DNA of 64,000 nt from Planctomycetaceae bacterium (GCA_020638955.1 JACKHO010000007.1:246745-310744), one strand, 5' to 3'. Shown: positions 50,265-60,789, numbered from the stretch's first letter. A program made the numbers and translations. The notes: generated by a model not told the origin, from the sequence alone.

Positions 50265-50879
50265 CTATTCAAACCGCACGTCTCGTTCTTGCAAATGCGT
50301 CTTGAGCGTCTCCGCATTCTGAAAAACTTCGGCCTGCAAACCGTACGTACGTCCGGCCTCGACATACTCGGAGATGTCGTCGGTGTAGAAGCACTCGTGG
50401 GGCTCGCACTGAATCATGGAAAGTGCGCGGTGATAAATCCCCGGTTCTGGTTTAATGGCATCGGCCTCGTACGAGACGGTGAAGTCGTCGAAGTGTTCCA
50501 GGATGCTGAATCGCTGCTGAATCCAGTTGAAGTGTGAAATCGAAGTGTTCGACAGGAGCACGAGCCGATAATTGTTCTGCTTCAGGCCTCGCAAAACCGG
50601 TTCGATTTCATCGTGTGCTTCGAAAATGTCCGAAGCAGCTTTCCGAAGCGCGTCGAGCTCGAATTCGTGTTGGACTCTTTCAGAGAGGCTCGCCCGGAAT
50701 TCCTCTTCCGTCAGGCGGCCTCGCTCGAATTCCCATTGCAAATCGCTCCCCATGAGCAACTTGCGAACTTCGGTCGCCGACCGACCGCACAGTTCCCCAA
50801 TTTGTCGACACATCCGCTCGTGTGAGAAAAACACGAGCACGTTTCCCATGTCGAACAGCAGCGTCTTGATTGTACTCAT
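50265..50879 (-). CDS. HAD-superfamily hydrolase (subfamily IA).
   Basis: LLFDMGNVL (motif I DxG) ... LLSNTS ... K ... DD motifs. Start taken at MSTIKTLLFD. Confidence 0.7.
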   Translation of the reverse strand: MSTIKTLLFDMGNVLVFFSHERMCRQIGELCGRSATEVRKLLMGSDLQWEFERGRLTEEEFRASLSERVQHEFELDALRKAASDIFEAHDEIEPVLRGLKQNNYRLVLLSNTSISHFNWIQQRFSILEHFDDFTVSYEADAIKPEPGIYHRALSMIQCEPHECFYTDDISEYVEAGRTYGLQAEVFQNAETLKTHLQERDVRFE

Positions 50880-50920
50880 CGTTGTGTCAATTGTGGGTGA
50901 ACAGTCCGGTGGGAATGCAT

Positions 50921-51502
50921 TTAGTCGGCAGAACGTTGTCCGCCTGGTACCCACAGGACGTCATCATTCCCGCCGTTATTGGCCATGCGGGCCATGACGA
51001 ATAACAAATCAGACAAGCGGTTCAGGTACTTCAGGACTTCGTCATTGATCGATTCCTGCTCTTTCAGCCGACAGACGGCGATTTCCGCGCGTCGACAGAC
51101 GACTCGTGCCTGGTGAAACAGCGCGGCAACGGGAGTTCCGCCGGGCAGAATGAAACTTCGCAGCGGTGTGAGCGCAGAAGTTTCGTCGTCGATCCAGGTT
51201 TCCAGTTGCTGTACCTGCTCAGATCGAACGGCAAGACGTGAGGAATTCTCACCCTCCTTCGATTCCGGCACACACAAATCGGCTCCCAAATCGAACAGGT
51301 CGTTTTGCACAACGAGCAATCGTTGTTTCATGCGGTCGGCACAGGTTCCCAGTGCCAGCACAACGCCGAGTGCGGCGTTGAGTTCATCGACAATACCGTA
51401 TGTCTCCACTCGTAAGGCAGTCTTCGGTACGCGCGTGCCATCACCCAGGCTTGTCTCACCTGCGTCCCCGGACTTTGTGTAAATTCGATCGAGGTAAACC
51501 AT
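50921..51502 (-). CDS. PduO-type ATP:cob(I)alamin adenosyltransferase.
   Basis: MVYLDRIYTKSGDAGETSL ... ETYGIVDELNAALG, the conserved N-terminus of the MMAB/PduO family. Confidence 0.8.
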   Translation of the reverse strand: MVYLDRIYTKSGDAGETSLGDGTRVPKTALRVETYGIVDELNAALGVVLALGTCADRMKQRLLVVQNDLFDLGADLCVPESKEGENSSRLAVRSEQVQQLETWIDDETSALTPLRSFILPGGTPVAALFHQARVVCRRAEIAVCRLKEQESINDEVLKYLNRLSDLLFVMARMANNGGNDDVLWVPGGQRSAD

Positions 51503-51528
51503 GTCTGCTCTGTTTGCGATAAAGGCGT

Positions 51529-52425
51529 CTACGGAAGCGTCACGCGAATACGGGCGCTGGACCGTTGTCGGGCGACTTCTTCATCCCACAACTGCTGCGC
51601 CAGAACCGACAGGACTTGCGTGCGCACATCTTCGAGACTCAGCTGTCCGGGAATACGTTCATGAACTCGTATGACGTACGCGGCTTGCGGCGTGAAGATG
51701 ATGTCGCTCGTCTCGCCAATGTTCATCGAAAATGCTTCTGCCGTCACGGGGCGCGGTAACTTTCCAGCGAATTCTGTCGTCACGCGCTCCCCCAGGTCAC
51801 CCTCAGTGATGGCAGCCTTGAGCTGACTGGCTGCACGCTCCGTTTCCCCGTCTGTCGCGTTGTCAGACAATTTGATGAACTTATAGGTCAGCACCACGCG
51901 CGTTCCGTCCAGTTCCTGCTGATGTTCTTTGAAATAGTCGCGGTACTGTTTGTCGATGAGGGTCTGCTGGGCATGCTTCAGCCAGGTAAGGGAAAGTCGC
52001 ACTGTCCGCCGAAGCGATTCCTCGTCGTGTCCCAATCGATCCAGAGCTGCTTCTTCTGAACCCGCGGCTTTGCTGGCTCGTGCCAGAACGGCTTTGGTCC
52101 GAGCGGCGACAATTTCGTCTTCGATTTCAACGCGGCGCTTCTTCAGGAAATCCTCAATGAGAACCCGGTCCACACATTCCTGAACATAAGCCTCCAGTGC
52201 TCGGGGAGCCAACTGCTCAGGCTGCGGTGCTGACAGCATTCGAGCACGCACTTCAGCTCCAGTGATCTTCTTCCCATTTACCTCAGCTAAAACAACGCTG
52301 GGCTCAGGTAATGCGTCTTGTAGCGCATGGGGAATTTCTGTGACATCCTGCGCCGTGACAGATGCAGACATCAGCACGAGCAACAACGCCAGCCTGAGTA
52401 CCATCAATTTCTGAAAACTGTTCAT
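51529..52425 (-). CDS. Secreted SurA/PrsA-like chaperone with a parvulin-type peptidyl-prolyl isomerase domain.
   Basis: Signal peptide. The C-terminal FSMNIGETSDIIFTPQAAYVIRV resembles the parvulin core. Confidence 0.55.
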   Translation of the reverse strand: MNSFQKLMVLRLALLLVLMSASVTAQDVTEIPHALQDALPEPSVVLAEVNGKKITGAEVRARMLSAPQPEQLAPRALEAYVQECVDRVLIEDFLKKRRVEIEDEIVAARTKAVLARASKAAGSEEAALDRLGHDEESLRRTVRLSLTWLKHAQQTLIDKQYRDYFKEHQQELDGTRVVLTYKFIKLSDNATDGETERAASQLKAAITEGDLGERVTTEFAGKLPRPVTAEAFSMNIGETSDIIFTPQAAYVIRVHERIPGQLSLEDVRTQVLSVLAQQLWDEEVARQRSSARIRVTLP

Positions 52426-52754
52426 CGAATCCCTTCACCGTGAACTACTCGAACTTCAGTAATCCTGGTCGCATCTGAGCTACTTCAAGTCCCGTTTGCA
52501 AGGTTGCTTCTCGTCGACAATCATCAAAAGGCGTGGTCCACCTGTAGCGAATGTATCGTTAACGCAACCCAGTGAATGGGTTGAATGACTGCAATCGCAG
52601 CGTTTTGCATCGGTTTCATGTAAACTTCTTGTGTTTGGTCCCGATAGCAAATATCGGTCGTAGTGCTGTTGTTGGGAGCAAAAGCGGCTCTCCCAATAGT
52701 TCGCAGACTTGACGCGGGTCGAGTGGCGTAGGCACCGGTGCGGGAGATTGGAAA

Positions 52755-53861
52755 ATGCGCAATTGGCTTCTGGGAATCCTGCTGCTCGCAGGATGTCATT
52801 CCCCTTCAAATGATGTGGTTGTTTCTCATTCAGACGGTGGACGCCAGGCGACCGAACTCCCTCCCAAACTCACCAGCGAACTCAAAGCGGAACGCTCCTC
52901 GGACAGACTCAGCCTCGCCGTACCAGTTCGAAACGACTCGGACAAAGCTCGCGATTTGGTTTTTCGGCAGACGGGGTGCAGTTGTTATACCGCCAAGTTT
53001 GGTGATGAATTGCTGAAGTACGATGACCGAACCACTTTCCAGCCCAATGAAGAAAAGCTGCTCACTGTGTTGGCTGAGATTGGAACAGTTGAGCGCTCCT
53101 CCCAGTATGAAGTCTGGTTCAATTGGGAAGAAGGAGAGAACCGGACTGAGCAGGTCGTCTCCGCGTCAGTGCAGACTTTCGAAGATGCACGTGTCACTTC
53201 ACAAATCATCACGAAAGTTCCGCCGGAACAACTTGGTCAGCGGTTCACACGCATCATTGAGGTTTCGCGCATTGGACGCGATCCGAAGGTTATCCAGCAA
53301 ACGCCATCCCTCGACAGTCCCGTTGACTATATGACGCTCGATGGCGTGGAACCGCAGGGCGATCCTCAGGAAATTGCGCCGGGAATCTGGCGACAGATGT
53401 GGACACTGACGCTGGCGATTGTCCCTCCGAAGGATCTGAGTGCCGACCAACCGGCCTTCGTGTTCTCAGCCGTTTGTCCGGCGAAGGAAGGAGAGATTCC
53501 CTTTTTCGCCAAGTGCCAGGCACTTATTCAACTCGAAACTCCCATTCAGTTTCCCTCTCATGTGGCCGTTGGCACCATTCCTGTGGGGATAGCTCGCACG
53601 CGCCGAATTCTCATTCGGTCGGCCAGCGGCACGACGTTCTCGCTGGGGCCGTCTCCCGACAACAAGACGGAAACCATTCAAGTTGTCACTGAGAACGAAC
53701 GTCGCGCCGAACATTGGGTGGAATTGACCGTCACGCCCAACCAAGTCGGACCACTGAACGAGAAATACGTGTTCGAAACAGACAACCGGCTCATGCCTCA
53801 GTTCGAAATCATGGTCACGGGAGCAGCCATCGCGTCTGAGCCCGCCGCAACCGAGAACTGA
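52755..53861 (+). CDS. Hypothetical lipoprotein.
   Basis: Lipobox LLLAGC (Cys 14). Beta-rich sequence with no recognised catalytic motif. Confidence 0.5.
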   Translation: MRNWLLGILLLAGCHSPSNDVVVSHSDGGRQATELPPKLTSELKAERSSDRLSLAVPVRNDSDKARDLVFRQTGCSCYTAKFGDELLKYDDRTTFQPNEEKLLTVLAEIGTVERSSQYEVWFNWEEGENRTEQVVSASVQTFEDARVTSQIITKVPPEQLGQRFTRIIEVSRIGRDPKVIQQTPSLDSPVDYMTLDGVEPQGDPQEIAPGIWRQMWTLTLAIVPPKDLSADQPAFVFSAVCPAKEGEIPFFAKCQALIQLETPIQFPSHVAVGTIPVGIARTRRILIRSASGTTFSLGPSPDNKTETIQVVTENERRAEHWVELTVTPNQVGPLNEKYVFETDNRLMPQFEIMVTGAAIASEPAATEN

Positions 53862-53976
53862 CACCGATACGGCATTCGCGAAGGGGCTGTGCGCTGGTTT
53901 GCTCTCGGCAGCCATATTCGTCACAGTTCACGCCCGTTAACTCTAAATTCTTCGTCGATTTGCCCCAATTGTTCTC

Positions 53977-55860
53977 ATGGAACATTTACTCACCGCTTCG
54001 TCATTCATCCTGTTCACGGCTCTGGTCGGTGTCATTACCTGGTGGCTCACCCGGAAGGATGACCATGAAAGCTCGGGCGGGTACTTTCTTGCTGGTCGGT
54101 CATTGACGGGGGGGTACATTGCGGGATCACTGCTACTGACAAACCTTTCGACCGAACAACTCGTCGGACTCAACGGTTCGGCCTACGTCGACGGGATATG
54201 TGTGATGGCATGGGAAGTCGTGGCCGCCATTTCGCTGGTTGTCCTCGCGCTCATTTTTCTGCCACGCTACTTAAAGAGCGGCATTGCAACGGTGCCACAG
54301 TTCCTCGAAGAGCGGTTCGACAAGCGGACCCGCACCATTACGACACTCATTTTTCTGTTCGCCTACACCGTCATTCTGCTCCCCATGATTCTCTACACGG
54401 GAGCACGCGGAATGACGGGAATCCTCGATTTGCATGGCATGACCGGAATTGAGAACGACACCGCCCTCATTTGGATTCTGGTGTGGCTCATTGGCATCCT
54501 TGGTTCGATTTACGCCATTTTCGGTGGACTGCGAACTGTGGCCGTCTCTGACACGCTCAACGGGTTCGGGTTGCTCGTTGGCGGTATTCTCATTGCCGTT
54601 CTCGGTCTGCAGGCGCTTGGTGGCGGGGCGCAGGAAGGACTGCTGTTGCTGAAGAACGCACACCCCGAGAAGTTCAACTCGCTCGGCAGTCCCACGTCCT
54701 CTGTTCCGTTCTCGACCCTGTTCACCGGCGTGTTGTTGCTCAACTTGTTTTACTGGACGACCAACCAGCAAATCATTCAGCGGACGTTCGGCGCGAAGAG
54801 CCTCGGTGAAGGCCAGAAGGGCGTACTCATCGCGGGCATTTTCAAAATGCTGGCGCCCATCATCCTGGTCATTCCCGGCATGGTGGCGTTTCATCTTTAC
54901 GGCACATTCGAAGTAAACGACGAACTCGTTTCCGTACACGATTTCACTACTGAAGCGGTGGCCGTGGTGTACAACGGCGACAAGGGGCCCGTCATTATTC
55001 ACGGAGATGATGTAAAGAAGACGCTGAAAGATGTCGCCCCGGCTGTTGGTGCAAAGTTCAACGAGGAAAACGGGACGGAGCGAACGGTTGATCATGTATT
55101 GGGGCCTGGTGTGGTCATCACGAAGTCGGCCGATGGACTCAGATTCCACGAGGGGCACGAGAAAGCCGAAATCATTCCGCCACGCGATCGGGACAAGGCG
55201 TACGGTCGACTGGTTCAGAAGGTCCTCCCCTGGTACCTGCGGGGATTCTTTGCCGCCGTGGTCATTGGAGCCATTCTCAGTTCGTTCAACTCCGTGCTCA
55301 ACAGTTCCGTCACGCTGTTCAGCCTCGGTGTCTACCGCGACATGCTGCACGCCGATGCTACCGACAAAGACGTCATCGATTCCGGCAAGTATTTCGGCAC
55401 CATTGTCGCCGTGGCCTCCATGCTCATGGCCCCCATGCTCATTGGTCAGGAGAGCATTTTCGGTTACCTGCAAAAAATGAACGGGCTGTACTTCATCCCA
55501 ATTCTGTCGGTCATGGCCGTCGGCATGTTCACAAAACGCGTCCCGGCCAAGGCCGCTCAAATCGGACTCGTCCTCAGCTTCCTGACCATCATTCTCGTGT
55601 ATTTCGTACCGCCCGTGACGAAGCTCTTCTCACCCATTCACGACTTCCACTTCCTCGGCCTCGTCTTCGCCTGCACCGTCGGCCTGATGCTCGTCATCGG
55701 GCAAATCTCACCCAGCCCGGAGCCATACGTGCAGAAAGACGTCAACGTCGTCGACATGACCCCCTGGAAACCCGCCTGGTACGTCGGCATCGCTCTGGTC
55801 GCCATTGTGCTGACGATTTACATCGCGTTGGCAGATTTCTCGGTGGTGTTTGGCGGGTAG
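53977..55860 (+). CDS. Sodium:solute symporter (SSS family) with a soluble insertion of about 100 aa between TM helices.
   Basis: GGYFLAGRSL and the characteristic SSS TM pattern. The insertion EVNDELVSVHDF...RLVQKVLP is hydrophilic. Confidence 0.85.
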   Translation: MEHLLTASSFILFTALVGVITWWLTRKDDHESSGGYFLAGRSLTGGYIAGSLLLTNLSTEQLVGLNGSAYVDGICVMAWEVVAAISLVVLALIFLPRYLKSGIATVPQFLEERFDKRTRTITTLIFLFAYTVILLPMILYTGARGMTGILDLHGMTGIENDTALIWILVWLIGILGSIYAIFGGLRTVAVSDTLNGFGLLVGGILIAVLGLQALGGGAQEGLLLLKNAHPEKFNSLGSPTSSVPFSTLFTGVLLLNLFYWTTNQQIIQRTFGAKSLGEGQKGVLIAGIFKMLAPIILVIPGMVAFHLYGTFEVNDELVSVHDFTTEAVAVVYNGDKGPVIIHGDDVKKTLKDVAPAVGAKFNEENGTERTVDHVLGPGVVITKSADGLRFHEGHEKAEIIPPRDRDKAYGRLVQKVLPWYLRGFFAAVVIGAILSSFNSVLNSSVTLFSLGVYRDMLHADATDKDVIDSGKYFGTIVAVASMLMAPMLIGQESIFGYLQKMNGLYFIPILSVMAVGMFTKRVPAKAAQIGLVLSFLTIILVYFVPPVTKLFSPIHDFHFLGLVFACTVGLMLVIGQISPSPEPYVQKDVNVVDMTPWKPAWYVGIALVAIVLTIYIALADFSVVFGG

Positions 55861-56111
55861 CGCAATTCACTCGCCAGTGATTCTTAATTCAGCCCTATGG
55901 CACGGGTGATCAGCCAGCCTTGACGACACTGTGCTAGAACGCTGGCACGCCATCTGAATGACGAGATTCTTGCAATGCCCATGCCGCGGAACAGCACGGG
56001 CATTTTCGTGTCGTCTGCGTGTTGTGTGTCGCGTCCTGATATTGCTGCAAATCGGGAGTTTTTGGTATGCCGTCACCAAGCGAATAAGCCACTCATCGAC
56101 CAGGAGGGAAC

Positions 56112-57182
56112 ATGTCCAAGTCCACACATCTGCTAATTGCTGCATTGATGTCCCTCCTCGCAATCCCGGGCTACGGCCAGGACACGAGGGACAGTGCAGC
56201 GTTGGGCGTCCTTCAGAAACTCAAAATTCCAGTTCACCTTGAGTTCACCGAAACGCCCCTCAAAGACATTTTGAAGTCTATCTCGGAACAAGCAGGTGTT
56301 GAAATCGTTGCCGATGAAGCGGACTTGGCTGACGAGGGTGTCACGCCGGAGACGCCAGTCTCCATTGAAGTTGACGGCATTCATGCCCGGGCGGCACTCA
56401 GTCTAGTTCTACGTCCTCTCGAATTCGACTGGTGGGTCGCTGGCGGTAAGGTGATCGTTCTGCCATACGATGACACACACCACCGAATGCGTGGTCCTTA
56501 TTCGACGAAAGTGTATGAAATCGCAGACCTCATCGGCGTCGGAAAAGACGGGGACGAGTACGAAATCAGCAATCGGGGCGAGAAGTTCGTCAGTCGGCTG
56601 ATGGAATTGAATGGATTGCCGAACTGGGAGGTTGCCGGTGGTGTTGGGAAGGCCAACTTTCATCCTGAGTCTCAATCGGTGGTCGTTTATCAGCATGAAC
56701 TCGGCCACAAAGAGATTTCCCAACTCCTGTCGCAAATTCGACAGATTGTCACGCGCCGCATCCGAGTCGATATGGAAGTTTTGGAATTTGACGGCACTCC
56801 CGAATGCACACTGCAAATCAATGGCACCCTTGTCGATGCCGAAATGGTCGAGTCCTTGAGGGAACTTGCTGACCTTTCTCGATTTGGCCGAGCCAGTGCC
56901 TTGCCTTCGGTGACGATACTGAATGGCAGAACCACTACGCTCAAACGCGGCTTTGACACACTCATTTCGGCCCTGGCTGTAGACGGGGAGGACAGAATCA
57001 AATTAACCGTCCAATCCAATCAGCAGCATGGCTGGTTCGGTGACTTCGCACTGACCCAGTCCAATCTTGTTCCTGCTGACGCGACCATGGCCTTTGTTCT
57101 CAGCGGGCCCGATCCAAACTTTAAGGACAATGGCACAACAACCGTCCTGTTGTTGACGCCACATGTCGAAATAGCTGAGTGA
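56112..57182 (+). CDS. Secreted protein with secretin-N/STN-like alpha/beta repeats and no secretin pore domain.
   Basis: Signal peptide MSKSTHLLIAALMSLLAIPGYGQ. LKDILKSISEQAGVEIVAD ... IEVDGIHARAALSLVLRPL resembles the secretin N0/N1 domains. Low certainty. Confidence 0.4.
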   Translation: MSKSTHLLIAALMSLLAIPGYGQDTRDSAALGVLQKLKIPVHLEFTETPLKDILKSISEQAGVEIVADEADLADEGVTPETPVSIEVDGIHARAALSLVLRPLEFDWWVAGGKVIVLPYDDTHHRMRGPYSTKVYEIADLIGVGKDGDEYEISNRGEKFVSRLMELNGLPNWEVAGGVGKANFHPESQSVVVYQHELGHKEISQLLSQIRQIVTRRIRVDMEVLEFDGTPECTLQINGTLVDAEMVESLRELADLSRFGRASALPSVTILNGRTTTLKRGFDTLISALAVDGEDRIKLTVQSNQQHGWFGDFALTQSNLVPADATMAFVLSGPDPNFKDNGTTTVLLLTPHVEIAE

Positions 57183-57245
57183 CAAGCCGAGGGGTGGCCC
57201 AGATCAAATCTGAGCGGCGAAGCCGTTCAAGGCTGCGGATTGGTC

Positions 57246-57377
57246 AACCATCCGGGCAGTCGCGTTGAATCTCTGTTTGACGGAAGAGAATCACTACGGA
57301 GTCACGGAGGATACAGAGCTGGCGTAATGTCGGCGGCCTCCTGAACAATTCTCAGTGCCCTCCGTGCCTCCGTGGTT
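57246..57377 (+). repeat. Copy a of repeat family R2 (about 135 bp, terminator-like structured element).
   Basis: About 85 percent identical to 57990-58120. It contains the long imperfect stem CTACGGAGTCACGGAGG / CCTCCGTGCCTCCGTGG around a loop of about 45 nt, followed by TTTTCTC. Confidence 0.6.
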
Positions 57378-57500
57378 TTCTCAAAACAAACATTCCCACG
57401 CTATGGCGAGACTTGGGAAAAACGCAGACTTGAATTGACCTCGGAATTCCAGTCCAGGCACCGAGACAGTTCTTGTCGATCACACAGTGCATGACGTACG

Positions 57501-57956
57501 ATGAATTGGCTGAACATCAGCCTGAAATCTCACAAGATGCTCGGGGGTGGCATGTATCTCCTGACAATGCTCGTCAATGCAGTTGTCGCGCTTTCCATAG
57601 GAACTCTGCTGTGGATTGGATGCCAGAATTCCGGTCATACCCCAGATTCTCTTAACGTCATTGTCGGCGTGGTGCTCATTGCAATCCCGGGCGTGGCGTT
57701 CTCCGCTGTCGCGTTCGTTACACGCAAGCACCGCTGGCTGGCTTTAGTGACTCTGTGTGCCTCAATATTCGTCGGGGGATTGGCCGTTTGGATTCTGGGA
57801 ACGAACACCCCCTTCGCACGCATTCCGCCGGGTGATCTTTATGAAAACCCGGCCCCGCCCATTGTTTTGTTCGGTCAGACTGTCCTGACGGCAATTTGCA
57901 CGACGCTGATTCTGCTACGGTACGGCTTTGCCGGCATGTATTCGCAAAAACGCTAG
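57501..57956 (+). CDS. Hypothetical four-helix membrane protein.
   Basis: Hydrophobic segments LLTMLVNAVVALSIGTLLWIG, VIVGVVLIAIPGVAFSAVAFV, LALVTLCASIFVGGLAVWIL, LFGQTVLTAICTTLILL. Flanked by the two R2 copies. Confidence 0.45.
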   Translation: MNWLNISLKSHKMLGGGMYLLTMLVNAVVALSIGTLLWIGCQNSGHTPDSLNVIVGVVLIAIPGVAFSAVAFVTRKHRWLALVTLCASIFVGGLAVWILGTNTPFARIPPGDLYENPAPPIVLFGQTVLTAICTTLILLRYGFAGMYSQKR

Positions 57957-57989
57957 CAACTCAACTGAAATTGGGGCGGCGAATTCGTC

Positions 57990-58120
57990 GACCAATCGGG
58001 CAGTCACGTTGAATTTCTGATCGACGAAAGAAAATCACCACGGAGTCACGGAGGACACGGAGCTGGCGTGATGGCGCCGTCACCTGAACAATTCTCACTG
58101 CCCTCCTTGTCTCCGTGGTT
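57990..58120 (+). repeat. Copy b of repeat family R2.
   Basis: See copy a. Its T-tract is weaker (TTATTCG). Confidence 0.6.
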
Positions 58121-58162
58121 ATTCGTCGCCGTCCTGATTTTATCTGGGCCACCCGAGGCTTT

Positions 58163-58432
58163 TCACCAGCGTACGGTGAACATCCCGAAGGTCAAAAGCG
58201 ATGCCACAATGTTGAAAATGATATTGGGGACGAAATAGGCAGAATAGCGGTCTGGATGATGTCGGCGAATATGGTTGCCGCGTGTAGCAATGCGACCGGC
58301 CAGAACGACGAACATGGCCGCTCCTCCAACGACGCCGAACCAAAAGCCATTTCCCGTCATGAAGCGAATGAATGCGAGCGGCACGAACACCACCAAGAAG
58401 AGGTAGACATTGTGCAGATCGACACGCGACAC
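58163..58432 (-). CDS. Possible small membrane protein downstream of the enolase-superfamily gene.
   Basis: The C-terminal part of ORF 58163..58699 is hydrophobic (LFLVVFVPLAFIRF; FGVVGGAAMFVVLAG; IIFNIVASLLTFGMF). A GTG sits 5 nt after the enolase stop. An ATG at 58360 is an alternative start. Confidence 0.3.
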   Translation of the reverse strand: MSRVDLHNVYLFLVVFVPLAFIRFMTGNGFWFGVVGGAAMFVVLAGRIATRGNHIRRHHPDRYSAYFVPNIIFNIVASLLTFGMFTVRW

Positions 58433-58437
58433 TCTGA

Positions 58438-59541
58438 TCACTCCGTCGTCCAAACCGGATCTCCCAGCACATCCCAATTTGGTTCGATGCCGAGTCCTGG
58501 CTTGGTAGGGGCTGACATGCGGCCGTTCACTCGTTGTGGGGCTCCGTGAGCATTTTGCACGGTGACATAGCTGTTGAAGTCGGTGCAGGTGAAGAGGTAA
58601 TCGGTGGGGGTGCTTTGTGCGAGATGCGAAATTGCCGCCGTGATGATGTCGCCGCCCCAACTGTCTTCGAGTGTCATCACGACGCCGAGGGATACGCACA
58701 GGTCGCGGGCCTGTTTGGCTTTGGTCAGTCCACCGAACTTACTGATTTTGATATTCACGACGTCCATCGCACGGTCGTTCGCGGCGCGGACCAGGACGTC
58801 GATGCCGTCGATGACTTCATCCAGCACGAACGGCAGCGGAGTCCGCTGACGAATTGTCAGACACTGCTCATACGTCGCACAGGGTTGTTCGATGTACACA
58901 TCCAAATCGCGGACGGCATTCACGACGCGTGCGGCCTCGTGCATGGTCCAGCCGGTGTTGGCATCGGCCACGAGGCGGTCGGTGGGGGCCAGGATTTCAC
59001 GAGCGGCCCGAATGCGTTCGATGTCTTCATTGGCATTGCCGCCCACTTTCAACTGGAACCGCCGATAACCGGCGTCCCGGTATTCCTTCACATTGGCCGC
59101 CATTTCCGCGGGGGGCCGTTGAGAAATGGCCCGGTAGAGCACGACGTCCTCACCGTAACGTCCGCCGAGTAATTCGCAGACGGGCAGTCCGCTGAACTTC
59201 CCGAGCAAATCCCAGCAGGCCATGTCGATGGCGGACTTCACATAGGGATGCCCCTTCAGCTCGTAGTCCATCATGCGGTTGAGTTTGGCCAGCTCCAACG
59301 GATTCGCACCGACCAGCTTGGGAGCCAGTTCACACAGGCCAGCCCGAACCCCTGCGGCGTAAGCTGGCAAATAAACCGGGCCCAGTGGGCAGCATTCGCC
59401 GTAGCCGACGAGACCTGAATCGGTCTGGATTTCGACAACCGTCGAGTCGAAAACGTCGACGCTTTTTCCCTCCGACCAACTGTAATTCCCTTCGTGGAGG
59501 GGGAGGTCGACCTGATAGACGCTGATCTTTGTGATTTTCAT
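58438..59541 (-). CDS. Enolase-superfamily enzyme (mandelate racemase / muconate lactonizing enzyme family).
   Basis: [15 protein letters not shown]... and metal-ligand blocks (KVGG..., ADANTGW, LEDSWGG). The start is the internal Met of ORF 58438..59583. Confidence 0.8.
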   Translation of the reverse strand: MKITKISVYQVDLPLHEGNYSWSEGKSVDVFDSTVVEIQTDSGLVGYGECCPLGPVYLPAYAAGVRAGLCELAPKLVGANPLELAKLNRMMDYELKGHPYVKSAIDMACWDLLGKFSGLPVCELLGGRYGEDVVLYRAISQRPPAEMAANVKEYRDAGYRRFQLKVGGNANEDIERIRAAREILAPTDRLVADANTGWTMHEAARVVNAVRDLDVYIEQPCATYEQCLTIRQRTPLPFVLDEVIDGIDVLVRAANDRAMDVVNIKISKFGGLTKAKQARDLCVSLGVVMTLEDSWGGDIITAAISHLAQSTPTDYLFTCTDFNSYVTVQNAHGAPQRVNGRMSAPTKPGLGIEPNWDVLGDPVWTTE

Positions 59542-59715
59542 GCCCGTATCATAGCCGACCGCCTCGAACTGGGAACTGATCACCTTTTTCAGTCCAAATT
59601 GACGTCAATATCCAGCACAGCTTGACCCCTTTTCGTGGCCCCCGTATTCTTCTTGCTCAATTTGACCGGGGGGCGATTTCATCGGCTGCCCCGAAAAGTG
59701 TACGTTTACGACCTG

Positions 59716-60744
59716 ATGAAACATTCAGGCATTGCAGGGAATGGTCCCCTTATGTCGACGGATAGCCCCCCAACAGCTCCCGAACATCACTATCAGCACG
59801 ATCCCGAGCGGACGGAGTTAGAGAAGCTCCTGCACTCCGGTTCCAAGTCGCTGGAGCCGTATTTCAACTACATCATCGCAGGTGTGGTGATTGTGGCCGT
59901 CGTTTTGGCTGGCTGGATTTACATGTCCCGCAGCTCAAACTACATCAGCACTGAAGGTTGGGACGAATTCGCCACCTTCGAAACGCCTGCTGATTTCCAA
60001 TCGCTGGCGGACAAGCATCCCGATGCCCCAGTCGCCAACTGGGCTCTGCTGGAAGCGGGCCGTCTCTACACCAGTGAAGGCATGGCGGAGGCGTTGACGA
60101 ATCGCGAGGCGAGCGACGAAAGCCTGGGCGAAGCCAAAGCGGCTTTCAATAAAATCCTCGACAAAGGGAACGCCGTACCTGCCGAGATTCGGGAGGAAGC
60201 GTTGTTCGGGCTCGCCAACTGCCTGGAAGCACTCTCGGGCGATAACACTTCTGAGGCCGTGGAAGCCTACGAAACCCTGTTGAGCGAATTCGACAACTCG
60301 CGCCACAAGAAGTGGGCGGAAGCACGGGTCAAGGAACTCCAGAAAGAGGAAACCAAAGACTTCTACGTCTGGTTCCGTGAACAAGACCCGTCTCCCGCCG
60401 ACCGTTTGCTCCCGCGCGACTTGCTGCCGCCCGGGCATCCCATGCTTCCTCCGCCACCTTCCGATGGTGGTAGCCTGATTCCGCCGCCACCTTCGAGTGA
60501 TTCCGTTCCACCGCCACCGTCCGGCACGACTGAGGAAGGGACCAAGCCGGAACCTCCCGCCGAAGGAACGGAACCCGCAGCTCCGGAAGAGGGTAAGGAA
60601 GGTACTCCTGAGTCACCGGCCTCGACGGAAGAGAAGAGCGAGCCAACAACCGAAACTCCTGAGACTCCCGCAACGGAAACCCCTGCGGCCCCGGCTACCG
60701 AGACATCTGAGTCGCCTGCTGAGCCTGAAGGTGGCAAAGAGTAA
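59716..60744 (+). CDS. Single-pass membrane protein with a TPR-like periplasmic region and a Pro/Glu/Thr-rich low-complexity C-terminal tail.
   Basis: TM helix YFNYIIAGVVIVAVVLAGWIYM. The tail is PPPPSDGGSLIPPPPSSDSVPPPPSG...TETPETPATETPAAPATE. Confidence 0.5.
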   Translation: MKHSGIAGNGPLMSTDSPPTAPEHHYQHDPERTELEKLLHSGSKSLEPYFNYIIAGVVIVAVVLAGWIYMSRSSNYISTEGWDEFATFETPADFQSLADKHPDAPVANWALLEAGRLYTSEGMAEALTNREASDESLGEAKAAFNKILDKGNAVPAEIREEALFGLANCLEALSGDNTSEAVEAYETLLSEFDNSRHKKWAEARVKELQKEETKDFYVWFREQDPSPADRLLPRDLLPPGHPMLPPPPSDGGSLIPPPPSSDSVPPPPSGTTEEGTKPEPPAEGTEPAAPEEGKEGTPESPASTEEKSEPTTETPETPATETPAAPATETSESPAEPEGGKE

Positions 60745-60767
60745 ATTCGGTTCGAGTCTTACCGTGC

Positions 60768-60789
60768 CACGTGTGAGACGTGCTTTTTT
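60768..60789 (+). terminator. Possible intrinsic terminator.
   Basis: Short stem CACGT-GTGAG-ACGTG followed by CTTTTTTC. Confidence 0.4.

Noticed and set aside
54271-55560. 429-aa minus-strand ORF.
   Set aside because: Antisense to the SSS transporter gene. It has low-complexity, His/Glu-rich composition and no start context.
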